DNA from: Nitrosomonadaceae bacterium
Lineage (GTDB): Bacteria > Pseudomonadota > Gammaproteobacteria > Burkholderiales > Nitrosomonadaceae
Reading direction: 5' to 3'
Assembly: GCA_919902625.1 (NCBI GenBank)
Contig: CAKKRO010000170.1
Location: forward strand, 1-54,776
DNA length: 54,776 nt
Part shown: positions 1-10,153 of the stretch, in pieces
Layout of the letters: the number at the start of each line of letters is the position of its first letter
Position numbering within the stretch: the stretch's first letter is position 1
Translations under genes and position numbers: made by a program
The notes under the pieces: model-generated
Seen by the model: the letters and a program-made list of their open reading frames with translations, nothing else
What the model was told of the DNA's origin: nothing
The model's database searches: none

Positions 1-110
1 GGAAGCTCTGATTAAGTCCTTCGACAGGCTCAGGACGAACGGTAATATATTGATTGCGTTCGTGGTGAGCTTGTCGAACCATGAATGTAATCAACTTAAT
101 TAGAGCTTCC
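1..110. mobile_element. 110-bp MITE-like palindromic element (family A) with 17-bp terminal inverted repeats and an internal REP-like hairpin
   Basis: TIRs GGAAGCTCTGATTAAGT (1-17) and ACTTAATTAGAGCTTCC (94-110) match with 1 mismatch. Internal arms 20-41 and 57-78 pair at 19/22. A related inverted partial copy lies at ~49599-49668. The element abuts the mutL stop codon. Confidence 0.75.
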
Positions 111-111
111 T

Positions 112-1905
112 TTACTTTCCCCGCATAAACAGCTTATCCAGATCAGCCAGACTGATCTCAAACCAGGTGGGTCTGCCGTGATTGCATTGGTCTGCGCGTT
201 CGGTGACTTCCATTTCGCGCAGCAGCGCATTCATTTCTTCGATGGTCAGCTTGCGGTTGGCGCGGATTGCGCCGTGGCAGGCCATGGTGGCCAGTATTTC
301 ATTGCGTTTGGCGGTTAAAATCTGGCTGGCGCCGTATTCGCGGATTTCCCGCAGGATATCGCAGGCCAGTTGCGCGATGTCGGCGTGCTGCAGCGTGGCT
401 GGAACTGCGCGCACGGCCAGCGTGGTGGGTGAAAGTACCGCAATTTCAAATCCCAGTTGATCCAGCGTTGTTTGATTCTCTTCCACCACGGCCACTTCCA
501 GGCTGTCGGCATGAAAAGTGACCGGAATCAGCAGCGGCTGCAGCGGCATGGCCTGAAGATCCAGCGCTTGCTTGAGCTTCTCGTACATCATCCGTTCATG
601 CGCCGCATGCATGTCGACAACCACCAGTCCCCGTGTGTTCTGCGCCAGAATATAGATGCCATGCAGTTGCCCCAAGGCAAAACCCAGCGGATGGATGTCC
701 TTTGCTTCTTCCGCCACATTGGGTTGATCAGATTCTTCCACTTGCGCGACAGATATCATGTTGATTGGCGCTGTGAGGCGTGACGGGATTTCCGTACCAA
801 ACAGCGTGCGGTAGAAACTTGCCGGTTGCGCCACGGCATGGGGTTGTGCATGGCCAGTTCCGGGATAGGCAGGCAATGGCCGGGGCATTTGTTCAACTGC
901 GTCTGCTTTCATTTCCCTATTGGGTGAAGCCAGCACTTTGTTGATGGCATGAAAAATAAATTGATGCAACGCGCGTGATTCACGGAAACGGACTTCTGTC
1001 TTGGTCGGATGTACATTCACATCCACACTTTCCGGATTGATTTCAAGAAACAAGACAAAAGCCGGGTGCCTGTCCAGGTGCAACACATCCCGGTAGGCTT
1101 CGCGTAGGGCGTGCGCAACCAGTTTGTCGCTGACATAACGATTATTGACAAAAAAGTATTGCGTATCCCGTGATGAACGCGCATAGGCCGGCAGCGCCAC
1201 CATGCCATGCAGATGGATATCCGCTGATTGTTCATCAACCCGCGCGGCGGTTTGACTGAATTCCTCACCCAATACTGACAGGATTCTCTGCGATGAATTC
1301 CCTGCGCGTAATTGACGGCGCACTTTCCCGTTATGCTGCAAAACAAATTCAATACCGGATTGAGCCAATGCAATCCGTTTGAAGATTTCATCGCAATGAG
1401 CAAACTCGGTGGCTTCCGTCTTTAAGAATTTACGCCTGGCGGGGATATTAAAATATAAATCGTTGACATCCAGAGTGGTTCCCATCGTCAGTGAAGAAGG
1501 TTCTGGTTGTGAGATAGACTTGCCCTCGACCTGTATCTGCCAGGCATGATCTTGCTCAACCCGGCGGCTGATTAACGTGAGCCTTGACACCGCCGCGATA
1601 CTGGCCAGCGCTTCACCCCGGAAACCCAAGCTGGTGATTCTGTGCAAATCTTCCAGTGTGCTGATTTTGCTGGTGCTATGACGGGTCAAGGCTAACAACA
1701 ATTCATCTTTGGCGATGCCCGTTCCATCATCTGTCACGCGAATCTGCTTGACGCCCCCTTGCTGGAGTTGCACGGCAATCTTCTTGGCACCCGCATCCAC
1801 GCTATTTTCCAATATCTCCTTGAGCGCCGAGGCAGGCCGTTCCACGACTTCACCAGCGGCTATCTGATTGATCAATAACTCAGGAAGGGGTTTAATCGTA
1901 GCCAT
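112..1905 (-). CDS. mutL: DNA mismatch repair endonuclease MutL
   Basis: NQIAAGEVVERPAS, GFRGEALASI, DVNVHPTK, and the C-terminal endonuclease motifs DMHAAHER, ACH and CNHGRP. Confidence 0.98.
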   Translation of the reverse strand: MATIKPLPELLINQIAAGEVVERPASALKEILENSVDAGAKKIAVQLQQGGVKQIRVTDDGTGIAKDELLLALTRHSTSKISTLEDLHRITSLGFRGEALASIAAVSRLTLISRRVEQDHAWQIQVEGKSISQPEPSSLTMGTTLDVNDLYFNIPARRKFLKTEATEFAHCDEIFKRIALAQSGIEFVLQHNGKVRRQLRAGNSSQRILSVLGEEFSQTAARVDEQSADIHLHGMVALPAYARSSRDTQYFFVNNRYVSDKLVAHALREAYRDVLHLDRHPAFVLFLEINPESVDVNVHPTKTEVRFRESRALHQFIFHAINKVLASPNREMKADAVEQMPRPLPAYPGTGHAQPHAVAQPASFYRTLFGTEIPSRLTAPINMISVAQVEESDQPNVAEEAKDIHPLGFALGQLHGIYILAQNTRGLVVVDMHAAHERMMYEKLKQALDLQAMPLQPLLIPVTFHADSLEVAVVEENQTTLDQLGFEIAVLSPTTLAVRAVPATLQHADIAQLACDILREIREYGASQILTAKRNEILATMACHGAIRANRKLTIEEMNALLREMEVTERADQCNHGRPTWFEISLADLDKLFMRGK

Positions 1906-2135
1906 AAATGAAGATGAAAAATGGAGATTTAGAAATTGCCATTATAATGCAGAAGCTTATGCTTCGGCTGTATCCTGGCCATGCACACTGAAACAGGATT
2001 GTTCTGCTTATCTCATAAGGACATGCAAAAATTGGCATTCCAAATTTTATATTCGAAGCATAGAAGCATTGTTTAAATTAACAGATAACGCTATCCTGAT
2101 AAGCGATATTAATTTTTTGTCAACATAAGGGCATA

Positions 2136-2795
2136 ATGACACAAGACGAACAAAAACGCGCAGCCGCAGAGGCTGCAATCCAACATATTCCAGTGGATTG
2201 TATTGTTGGAGTAGGCACAGGCTCTACGGCTAATTACTTTATTGATGCATTAGCCAAAATCAAACATAAAATTGAAGGCGCTGTCGCTAGCTCGGATGCG
2301 ACGGCACAACGCCTCAAGAGTCACGGTATAGAAGTCTTCGATCTCAATAATGTCGTTGATCTACCCGTATATATCGATGGTGCAGATGAAATTACCGAAC
2401 ATTTGCATATGATCAAAGGAGGGGGCGGTGCTTTAACCCGGGAAAAAATCGTTGCCGCTGTCGCGCGGAAATTTATCTGCATCACGGATCAGAGCAAACT
2501 GGTGAATATTCTCGGCAACTTCCCGCTCCCCATTGAAGTCATACCCATGGCACGCAGCTATATTGCACGTGAAATCGTGCAATTGGGAGGACAACCGGCC
2601 TTGCGTCAGGGGTTTATCACTGATAATGGCAACGTAATTCTTGACGTGCATGGCTTGCAAATCATGAATCCGGTTGAACTGGAAGGGATACTGAATCAAA
2701 TCACAGGCGTGGTAACCAATGGTCTTTTTGCCCGGCGCTCAGCCGATCTATTATTATTGGGAACAGACCAGGGTGTACGAACAGTTACCCTATGA
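2136..2795 (+). CDS. rpiA: Ribose-5-phosphate isomerase A
   Basis: GVGTGST, DGADE and [12 protein letters not shown] motifs. Confidence 0.98.
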   Translation: MTQDEQKRAAAEAAIQHIPVDCIVGVGTGSTANYFIDALAKIKHKIEGAVASSDATAQRLKSHGIEVFDLNNVVDLPVYIDGADEITEHLHMIKGGGGALTREKIVAAVARKFICITDQSKLVNILGNFPLPIEVIPMARSYIAREIVQLGGQPALRQGFITDNGNVILDVHGLQIMNPVELEGILNQITGVVTNGLFARRSADLLLLGTDQGVRTVTL

Positions 2796-2875
2796 TTTTT
2801 GACACTGATCCTTAATAGCCACAACAAACACCCACAGCATAATACTCACACTTCCATACTAATCAAAGGCATACC

Positions 2876-3583
2876 ATGGTAAACAAAGAACATATTTCCA
2901 AGCAATTTGATGCTGATCTTGAAGAAGTGCGCACACGGGTATTGCAGATGGGTGGCTTTGTTGAAGAACAGATTGAATATGCGATTGAAGCACTGACTAC
3001 CGGCAATGAAGAATTGATTGATCAGGTCATCACTCGCGACCATCGCGTCAACGCCATGGAAGTATCCATTGATGAAATCTGCAATCAGATTATTGCACGC
3101 AGGCAGCCGACTGCCAGTGATCTACGCATGATCATGATGGTGATTAAAACCATTACTGATCTGGAGCGCATTGGCGACGAAGCGGCGAAAATCGCGCGGA
3201 TGGCGAAGTTGATTTATTCGACAGATCGTATGCACATTCCACGCTTTAATGAGATCAAGCATGTCGCCAGTATCGCTATGGATATGTTGCATAAGGCGCT
3301 TGATTCCTTTGCCCGGTTAGACTTGAATGCGGCCGCACAAATTGTGCGGCAGGACGAATTCGTGGATGAAGAATTCCGCTCTATTTTGCGTCAATTGATT
3401 ACGTTCATGATGGAAGATCCAAGAAAAATCTCCACTTGCCTGGAAATCGTGTTTGTCGCCAAAGCCATCGAACGCATTGGAGATCACGCAAAAAACATGT
3501 CTGAATACGTGGTTTATATGGTAAAGGGCAAGGATGTACGCCATGTTACAGCGGATCAAATTGAGCAGGAAATCAGGGAGTGA
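2876..3583 (+). CDS. phoU: Phosphate signalling complex protein PhoU
   Basis: HISKQFD N-terminus and two PhoU repeats (QPTASDLR...DLERIGD; AIERIGDHAKN). Confidence 0.97.
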   Translation: MVNKEHISKQFDADLEEVRTRVLQMGGFVEEQIEYAIEALTTGNEELIDQVITRDHRVNAMEVSIDEICNQIIARRQPTASDLRMIMMVIKTITDLERIGDEAAKIARMAKLIYSTDRMHIPRFNEIKHVASIAMDMLHKALDSFARLDLNAAAQIVRQDEFVDEEFRSILRQLITFMMEDPRKISTCLEIVFVAKAIERIGDHAKNMSEYVVYMVKGKDVRHVTADQIEQEIRE

Positions 3584-3635
3584 GTTTTTCCGTCAGGTTA
3601 TTTTCAGGCTTGGCTTATCAGGAAATGTTTTCAAA

Positions 3636-4196
3636 TCATGAGCAAGTAGTAATCTTGGCAATACGTGATCTGCCGCTGCTGCTCAATATGATTTCGCGCC
3701 CATTACCGGCTACTGCTGGTGCTGCAGGGCACAATGTCATCGTGCCGGACTGAAACCCACCACTGGTAAGCTTCGTCATTCCTAGTGCATCATAAGAAAT
3801 ATAGCTACTGACATGGGTATTGCCGGAAAAACTGAAACCCGTTGATAAAGCAGGCATTGCGGTAATGATTTGTTCACCTCCATTGATGCTGCCACTATTG
3901 TCCAGATCGGCAAATACGATCCAACCCTGATTCCAATTGCCCGAACCGGCACAAGTTGAGCCATCCGGGCTTTTGCAAATAACCACCCGGGTATTACGTT
4001 TGATGGCTTCCGATCTGGCTAGCGCCAAGTGTGAAAACATGGTATTGGCATAGCTATTCAAGCGGGTATTCGCAGTAAACTGACTGAAAGACGGCACGCC
4101 CACTGCCAATAAAACAGTGAGCACCGACATGGCCACCAGCAATTCGATCAAAGTAACGCCACGGCAACCTGGAAGTTTTTTATGGGTATTATGCAT
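3636..4196 (-). CDS. fimT: GspH/FimT family minor pilin
   Basis: Prepilin motif G|VTLIELLV, then ARSEAIKRN...VICKS...WNQGWIVF typical of FimT/FimU. Confidence 0.85.
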   Translation of the reverse strand: MHNTHKKLPGCRGVTLIELLVAMSVLTVLLAVGVPSFSQFTANTRLNSYANTMFSHLALARSEAIKRNTRVVICKSPDGSTCAGSGNWNQGWIVFADLDNSGSINGGEQIITAMPALSTGFSFSGNTHVSSYISYDALGMTKLTSGGFQSGTMTLCPAAPAVAGNGREIILSSSGRSRIAKITTCS

Positions 4197-4220
4197 AATC
4201 CCTGATCAAGCCATTCCGTA

Positions 4221-7200
4221 TCAATGCTGAAGATACCAATAAGTCCGTGTTTTATATCTGGCCGGGGTTACGATTGGATCAGGCGACACCCCTTCTAAAG
4301 GAGAATCACCGCTGGCTCCGATTATAAATGGCGCTGTGATATTTTCACCCGTAACCGGATGCTCCACCGTCACCATTCCGGCCACTGGCGACGGTGGCAG
4401 TCCACCGCCTGTTATCGGCACAAATCTTGCTGTACCGACAGGCCGTCCATCCATAAATCCGAGGTTATAAACACGCGCCAATCCCAGATTGGAACCGCAA
4501 CTGTTTGGATCCGTTGGAATCGGCGTATGCGTACTGAAGGTAACCACCCCCATGACGGCAATTGCCGCTGTCACTACCTGCTCTTTATCATGATTGCCTG
4601 TGCCGAAAGGCATATACCAGCCTTTCTTAGCATTTAATTGCGCTTCTGTCGGCAAAATCGTGCTATCTGGATCTATCGCCAACAATGAAGTAATGCATGC
4701 CAGCGCCAGCGATTGGCAGTTACCCATTTCTGATGACCACCAGGTGGCATTCGAGGGTTTATCTTTAAGCATGAAAAATGCATTATCCACGCTGGTGGTG
4801 GCCGTATGGCTCAGGAGGGGATGTTCGCGATCACCCGAGCCGATTAAAATGATATTGTAACCGGGCATTACAACCACTTCAGGCGCAAACAGAAACTTGC
4901 GGTTGGCGACACCGCCCGGGCAATCGGTTGTAGCGCATCCCAGCGAAGCAATTTTCGTGATTGTCCAACTTGCAGGCAGGGCAGACCCAATCGTAATACG
5001 ATAAATATTGCCGCCAGTATCGGCTGCATAGGCGTAATCAGCCAATCCGGTAATCGTGTTGGGCACCACCGTCACATCGCCCGCCACACTCCGGTCGGTT
5101 GAAAATGTTTTCAGTAATGCGCCGCTATTGGCATCCAGCACAAAAATCTTGTTTCCTTTGGGGGCGGTACAGGTATTCAAATCACTCCCGCCTTGCCCAT
5201 CCTCACAGGTATCGTAACCACCTCCAAGGATAAGCATGGGCAGCGGTGTTGATCCTGAAACATAGCCGGATGACTTTAAACTGATAGCTGCAGACCAGGT
5301 CTGTCCAATACCACTGAAATCGGCTGAAGTACATCCTGTGTCATCAGCTGAATGAGGGCAACCCTGACGCCATTTTAAGCTTGGGCTGGTGGGAGTACTG
5401 GCATCAAAAGCATAAACCATTCGCCCGCCGCGCCGTTGCGTCGCATAAACCCAAACCGTGCTGCCATCTTTATAGGCTGTTATACGTCCATCAAAGAAAT
5501 AAGGTTTTGCTGTCGCATCACCCACACTGGGTAATGTAAGGGCCGGGCTGTTGTCATAAATGCGTTTAATCCGGTCATAGTGCTCTGGCGCCACAAATGA
5601 CCACAATTCACTGCCCGGCGCATAAGTGCCAATGCTGGTTGACTGATTGCCATTAATGGCGTGCAGCATGCCGCCACCGGCACCATAAAATACAACCACT
5701 CCCGTGTTTCCGCCATAATCAACAGCGACGGGCCGGGAATGCACAATATCTCCATGCGCCGATGGCCGCATCTCGGCAGTATTTCCATTAATATTCTCGT
5801 CTTTTACATCCATCCCTCGCACCCAATTAATTAGATTGGTGCGTTCGGTACTATTGGCCGCATTCAGTAATACCTGCGTAATTGAAGTATTGGCATCATC
5901 AAAATTGGTAAATCCACTACAACTGGCCGGATCACAGGTTTTAACGGCGCGTAATGCAGGATCAATGGCTCTCAGCATAAAGCCTGCCGCACCTTTTTCT
6001 ACAATATCGCCATCCGGCGTATTGGATTGTTCTGAATCAGCAATTGCCACACATAAGCCTTGAGGTGAGAAAGACCAGTAAGTGTCCATATTCGCTGTAC
6101 TGGGCGTCCAGAAACTGCGAGCGCACTGTGTAAGAAATCCAGTGTTTTTATTGATTGCCAGAACATCATCAGCATCCACCAGATTTAATTCCAGTTTGTT
6201 GTTCGTCAGACTCGCTTTAAATTGATATTGCTTAAGATTACCCGTCCACCGGGGACTCGCATTGACATCCGGGCGAAACATGCCCACAAATACCTGATTA
6301 AGATAAGTGCCTTGCGTATTAACGCTCACCGGGAGGCTTGTGGAAGCGAATACGCTGTTCACCGCCTGTATTTCAGAAAAAATATGATTCAGTGCTTCCG
6401 AAATCTGTGATCCATTGTTGACTGAAGAATTAACTGAAAAATATTTGCCCTTACCCTGCGTCGCCATACTTTTTAACAATGCAGTAAACCCAGGCCCCTG
6501 CCCCGTAGTAATCGGGTCGACATCGACCGTGTAAGTGGTTATCTTGGGATAACTGGAAGCCGCCATAAAACGCGCCCATTCATCCCCGGCTCCCGATTGC
6601 GAACCGCTGGGGGATAGTGCAATTTCCGATACTTTCCCTCCTGCAGCAGCCAGCTTTGTATTCGCTAAAGCCGTATCAGAGCTGTTATCCTGTACAGGGC
6701 CATTACTGATATAAATAATAAAATTCTTCTGGCAACCCGAATTCACCGGACTTTCATAAGCGGTATCGCTCGCTGACGACAATGCGTTGCCACTTAACGC
6801 ATAAACCGCATTGGATGCTGAAGTCCCTGATGTATTACCGGCATAATCCCGTTCGGCTTTATTGTGTCCTGCATAAGCACTCTGACCGGCAAAATAGTAA
6901 TATGCTTCCGCCATCGTCAGGCCCAGCTTGCCGTTATTTGATTTATCTCCCAGCACATTCAAACTGTTCACCAGATTCTGATAAGCCGGTTTGCTGGTGG
7001 CATCCATCAAACGGAGTGCGGCACGCACATAGCCGCCATCCGGATTCCCATTCCCTGACCCGGTTTCGCTGAACATCATTAAACCCACTCTAAACTTGTT
7101 GACGGTCAAGCTATTGATTACCGAAGATAAAGCCGCTATCTCATTAACAAATGCATTATTCCAGTTTGCAGTATTATCCAATATAATTAATACATTAGGA

Positions 7201-7322
7201 ACATCCGTAGAATCGGGAGGAGTAGCCCCGGTAAACAGATCAATATCTTCTGCTGTTGAAGTTGTACTCATAGCCGCTAGAATTATGGCGGCTAACAGAT
7301 ATTTCCTTAACGATATCAACAT
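4221..7322 (-). CDS. pilY1: Type IV pilus tip adhesin PilY1/PilC
   Basis: Signal peptide, vWA-like N-terminal region (ILDNTAN), WTGNLKQY, GDIVHSRP, GMLHA and AYAADTGG of the PilC beta-propeller, and position in the minor pilin operon. Confidence 0.9.
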   Translation of the reverse strand: MLISLRKYLLAAIILAAMSTTSTAEDIDLFTGATPPDSTDVPNVLIILDNTANWNNAFVNEIAALSSVINSLTVNKFRVGLMMFSETGSGNGNPDGGYVRAALRLMDATSKPAYQNLVNSLNVLGDKSNNGKLGLTMAEAYYYFAGQSAYAGHNKAERDYAGNTSGTSASNAVYALSGNALSSASDTAYESPVNSGCQKNFIIYISNGPVQDNSSDTALANTKLAAAGGKVSEIALSPSGSQSGAGDEWARFMAASSYPKITTYTVDVDPITTGQGPGFTALLKSMATQGKGKYFSVNSSVNNGSQISEALNHIFSEIQAVNSVFASTSLPVSVNTQGTYLNQVFVGMFRPDVNASPRWTGNLKQYQFKASLTNNKLELNLVDADDVLAINKNTGFLTQCARSFWTPSTANMDTYWSFSPQGLCVAIADSEQSNTPDGDIVEKGAAGFMLRAIDPALRAVKTCDPASCSGFTNFDDANTSITQVLLNAANSTERTNLINWVRGMDVKDENINGNTAEMRPSAHGDIVHSRPVAVDYGGNTGVVVFYGAGGGMLHAINGNQSTSIGTYAPGSELWSFVAPEHYDRIKRIYDNSPALTLPSVGDATAKPYFFDGRITAYKDGSTVWVYATQRRGGRMVYAFDASTPTSPSLKWRQGCPHSADDTGCTSADFSGIGQTWSAAISLKSSGYVSGSTPLPMLILGGGYDTCEDGQGGSDLNTCTAPKGNKIFVLDANSGALLKTFSTDRSVAGDVTVVPNTITGLADYAYAADTGGNIYRITIGSALPASWTITKIASLGCATTDCPGGVANRKFLFAPEVVVMPGYNIILIGSGDREHPLLSHTATTSVDNAFFMLKDKPSNATWWSSEMGNCQSLALACITSLLAIDPDSTILPTEAQLNAKKGWYMPFGTGNHDKEQVVTAAIAVMGVVTFSTHTPIPTDPNSCGSNLGLARVYNLGFMDGRPVGTARFVPITGGGLPPSPVAGMVTVEHPVTGENITAPFIIGASGDSPLEGVSPDPIVTPARYKTRTYWYLQH

Positions 7323-7350
7323 TTATCCTCCTGTCCTGGAATCTTGACGT

Positions 7351-7851
7351 TTAGCATGTGGATAATAGATACTCACTCAGCGTCAACTGCTTGCTGATCC
7401 CTTGCTTGGCCATTACCGATGCCCCTGTTGCCTGACTCTGAGCTGTCGCCTCAATTTCCCATAACGTCAGATAATCTGACGAATTGGCTACGGTGGAATT
7501 CACGCCGCTACTAGCCAGAGGATCAACCGGCGCTAACGTAGCCTTCAAACATAAAGGCGCCTTAATTGTCACCACATAGTCCGTTGTATTATCTTGATCA
7601 ATATCGATATTTACAGTTGCGGGATAGTTTGCCGGATCAATCGCTGCAAAGTTGATATTGATAGTCTGCTCAATAGCCATATTGGCCGCCGCGATGGCTT
7701 CATTTCGAAATTGCATGTTGCCAACCACTTTCAGATTCCCGCCACTGAGCGAAAAAGCGGATATCATCAGCAAAGTGACAGCCACCAGTATAATGAGCCC
7801 AACCACTAAAGTAGCGCCCCTTTGCTTTGAAAGCATACTTTCATTTCTCAT
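7351..7851 (-). CDS. pilX: Type IV minor pilin PilX
   Basis: QRG|ATLVVGLIIL prepilin leader lacking Glu5, as is typical of PilX. Its start overlaps the pilW stop (ATGA). Confidence 0.85.
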   Translation of the reverse strand: MRNESMLSKQRGATLVVGLIILVAVTLLMISAFSLSGGNLKVVGNMQFRNEAIAAANMAIEQTININFAAIDPANYPATVNIDIDQDNTTDYVVTIKAPLCLKATLAPVDPLASSGVNSTVANSSDYLTLWEIEATAQSQATGASVMAKQGISKQLTLSEYLLSTC

Positions 7852-8924
7852 GGCCTTTCCCTCCTGCCTGCGGGATTCACCAAATGAACATAACTGGTAT
7901 AAGCATGCCGCATGAAACCATCATTAAAAGGCCCTAATGCCGTTGCCCCAAGCTGATAGGTTTTATTCTCAACGTAACCTGAAGAAGGTTCCAGGTTACG
8001 GGCCAGCACATGCATTCGCACCGCCACGACATTCGCCCAATCTAATGCGGCACAAGATGAACAATCATCAAAAATATCGGCGGTACCATCTTCATCAGTA
8101 TCTTGCCCATATTCAAATTTGATACTTTGAATGCCCTCTATGACCGGTTGTGCTGATTGCATGACGACACTCCCGCCACTCAAATCCAGATCAGCACGCA
8201 TGAGGGTTGGAATACCGTCATTTGAAGCTGCAGAATAATTCCGCACATAAAAAATAGATGTTATTAATTTCCGGCGATCGGCGGGTGTCATACAGTCTTT
8301 TTTATATACTACTGTAGCTCCAGATATATCCAGTACAGGCGCAGATTCCGCACTCACCACATAATTGCCATGACCCGTATCTCCACAAGTCTGGGTTTGT
8401 AAATACAGTTTACCTGCACTATAGTTTTCACAATTTGCCGCGCCAGCGGCACAGGTTGCGGCATACCGGACTATCAATACATCAGAATTTGGCTGTCGAT
8501 TGGTCACAATACCGGAACACTCGGTGGGCAAAGAAGCGCCTGCTGCATAGCCTTGGACTGGAATAGGGTATAAATTGGCAATATAAGCGGCATCCCAACT
8601 GGAAAATCCGATGCAAGGATTAGGTATTGCGGTGGGGGGAGTGATTGATGGCAAAGGAGGCATATAAATATCCCAGAAACCTGCGCGCCATAGCTCTTGC
8701 TGCAAGAGCTGCAAGGTGAACCGTCCATTTTCAATCTGCCGGTTCATTTTCGCCAGCTCGGCATTGCTCCTGGATAAATCCAGATATAGCGCAAGCACAC
8801 CGGTCATGATCAACAACCCTAGCGTAATTGAGACCATTAATTCAATCAGAGAAAAACCACCTTGCTGTTTACGTATCCGGCAACCCGGTCTGACAACAGT
8901 CAGCTTTGCGCTATGCCCGCTCAT
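7848..8924 (-). CDS. pilW: Type IV minor pilin PilW
   Basis: G|FSLIELMV, ENGRF...RAGF, and C-terminal IEGIQSIKFEYGQD...WANVVAVR. Confidence 0.9.
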   Translation of the reverse strand: MSGHSAKLTVVRPGCRIRKQQGGFSLIELMVSITLGLLIMTGVLALYLDLSRSNAELAKMNRQIENGRFTLQLLQQELWRAGFWDIYMPPLPSITPPTAIPNPCIGFSSWDAAYIANLYPIPVQGYAAGASLPTECSGIVTNRQPNSDVLIVRYAATCAAGAANCENYSAGKLYLQTQTCGDTGHGNYVVSAESAPVLDISGATVVYKKDCMTPADRRKLITSIFYVRNYSAASNDGIPTLMRADLDLSGGSVVMQSAQPVIEGIQSIKFEYGQDTDEDGTADIFDDCSSCAALDWANVVAVRMHVLARNLEPSSGYVENKTYQLGATALGPFNDGFMRHAYTSYVHLVNPAGRRERP

Positions 8925-9514
8925 GGTGATGCCAGGTTAGCGACACTTATAATCGTACTCATGGTACGCCGGCACAAATCATCAACACATTTTGTTCCTG
9001 CATCATCATAAAGCCCGGCGCCACAATTTGAAGCCGGGGCTGAAATCGGAGTCAGGCTCTGCCAAACCACTGTAATCATGAATTGATCACCTGTTCCAAG
9101 ATCCTCAACACAACCGCGGGCCCCTATCATTGCACCTACATTTCCTGAGGATGATTGTTCGCTGACACCCTTTAGCGCATTGCTCCATTGGCAGGCATCA
9201 AGGCTCTGTCCATTACCCGCACATGAAGCCGGCTGGCCATCTCCCGTTCCCAAAGGATCTGATGCGGTAACGTATGCTGCCGCATTCTTACGGTTGGCAG
9301 ACAACCTGCCGGCCATATCGTCAAGCAGGATCAATGCATGTGTACGTTGATAGGATTCGATTTCGGATGCTTGCAGGCGCATTTGCAAACCGGCCAATCC
9401 CAATAATCCGATGGCCAGAATAACCATGGTAACAAGAACCTCAATCAGCGACACACCACGCATTAAAGGCATAGCATTTGGATAGGATAAAAGATCTGTT
9501 GCTTCGTTTACCAT
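8921..9514 (-). CDS. pilV: Type IV pilus modification protein PilV
   Basis: G|VSLIEVLVTMVILAIGLLGLAGLQ. Its start overlaps the pilE stop, suggesting translational coupling. Confidence 0.9.
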   Translation of the reverse strand: MVNEATDLLSYPNAMPLMRGVSLIEVLVTMVILAIGLLGLAGLQMRLQASEIESYQRTHALILLDDMAGRLSANRKNAAAYVTASDPLGTGDGQPASCAGNGQSLDACQWSNALKGVSEQSSSGNVGAMIGARGCVEDLGTGDQFMITVVWQSLTPISAPASNCGAGLYDDAGTKCVDDLCRRTMSTIISVANLASP

Positions 9515-9924
9515 TTATCAGCGGGAGTCTTGACTCCCTCGCTGTTAATCACCAGATTCCCATCACTTGCCTGTGATCCGCCGGGTGTGAACGTGAGCGT
9601 ATAAGAAGGTACTGCCCCGGCTCCAACAACAATCGCATAGCTGTATTTACTGCTGACATCAGAAGGAAGCGCATAACCGCTCGCTTCCAAAGTTGCCTTG
9701 CTGGCATAGCTTCTATTAGCCAGCAAAAACTGTTGCTGCCGGTTAGCGATATCCATCATCTCTGCCTGAGCTGCCGTCCGATTGGCTCTTATCATGTATT
9801 GCGTATAGGAGGGATAAGCGATAGCCGCCAGAATGCCAATAATGGCTACTGTGATCATCAACTCAATCAGTGTAAAGCCATGCTGACTTAGTCTCTTTCT
9901 TTCTATAACCGGCTTCTTTTCCAT
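9508..9924 (-). CDS. pilE: Type IV minor pilin PilE
   Basis: G|FTLIELMITVAIIGILAAIAYPSY...RANR. Start moved to the ATG at 9924. Confidence 0.9.
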   Translation of the reverse strand: MEKKPVIERKRLSQHGFTLIELMITVAIIGILAAIAYPSYTQYMIRANRTAAQAEMMDIANRQQQFLLANRSYASKATLEASGYALPSDVSSKYSYAIVVGAGAVPSYTLTFTPGGSQASDGNLVINSEGVKTPADKW

Positions 9925-10153
9925 ATAAAATTCCAAAGAAATTCATTCTTGATTCTAATCGACCTCATTGGGCTTTAACAAAAACGGCCACTATGCCCGT
10001 TAACTTTAGCGTTGAAATGCAATTTGTCTCTTCATACGGCTTTCTGATTCAACGCAAACCTTTATATGAACGGCTTGAGTTACAATCAGACCTATCAATT
10101 AGAAAAGCCTTCCTCAATACTTTATAAGCACCCAAACAGGTAATCAGTCCATC

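Noticed and set aside
9937-10153. TPP riboswitch before thiO, or AlgR/sigma54 sites before pilE
   Set aside because: No CTGAGA-containing TPP core and no TGGCAC-N5-TTGC. There is only one 2-mismatch CCGTTCGTC-like site (10065-10073), without proper repeat spacing.
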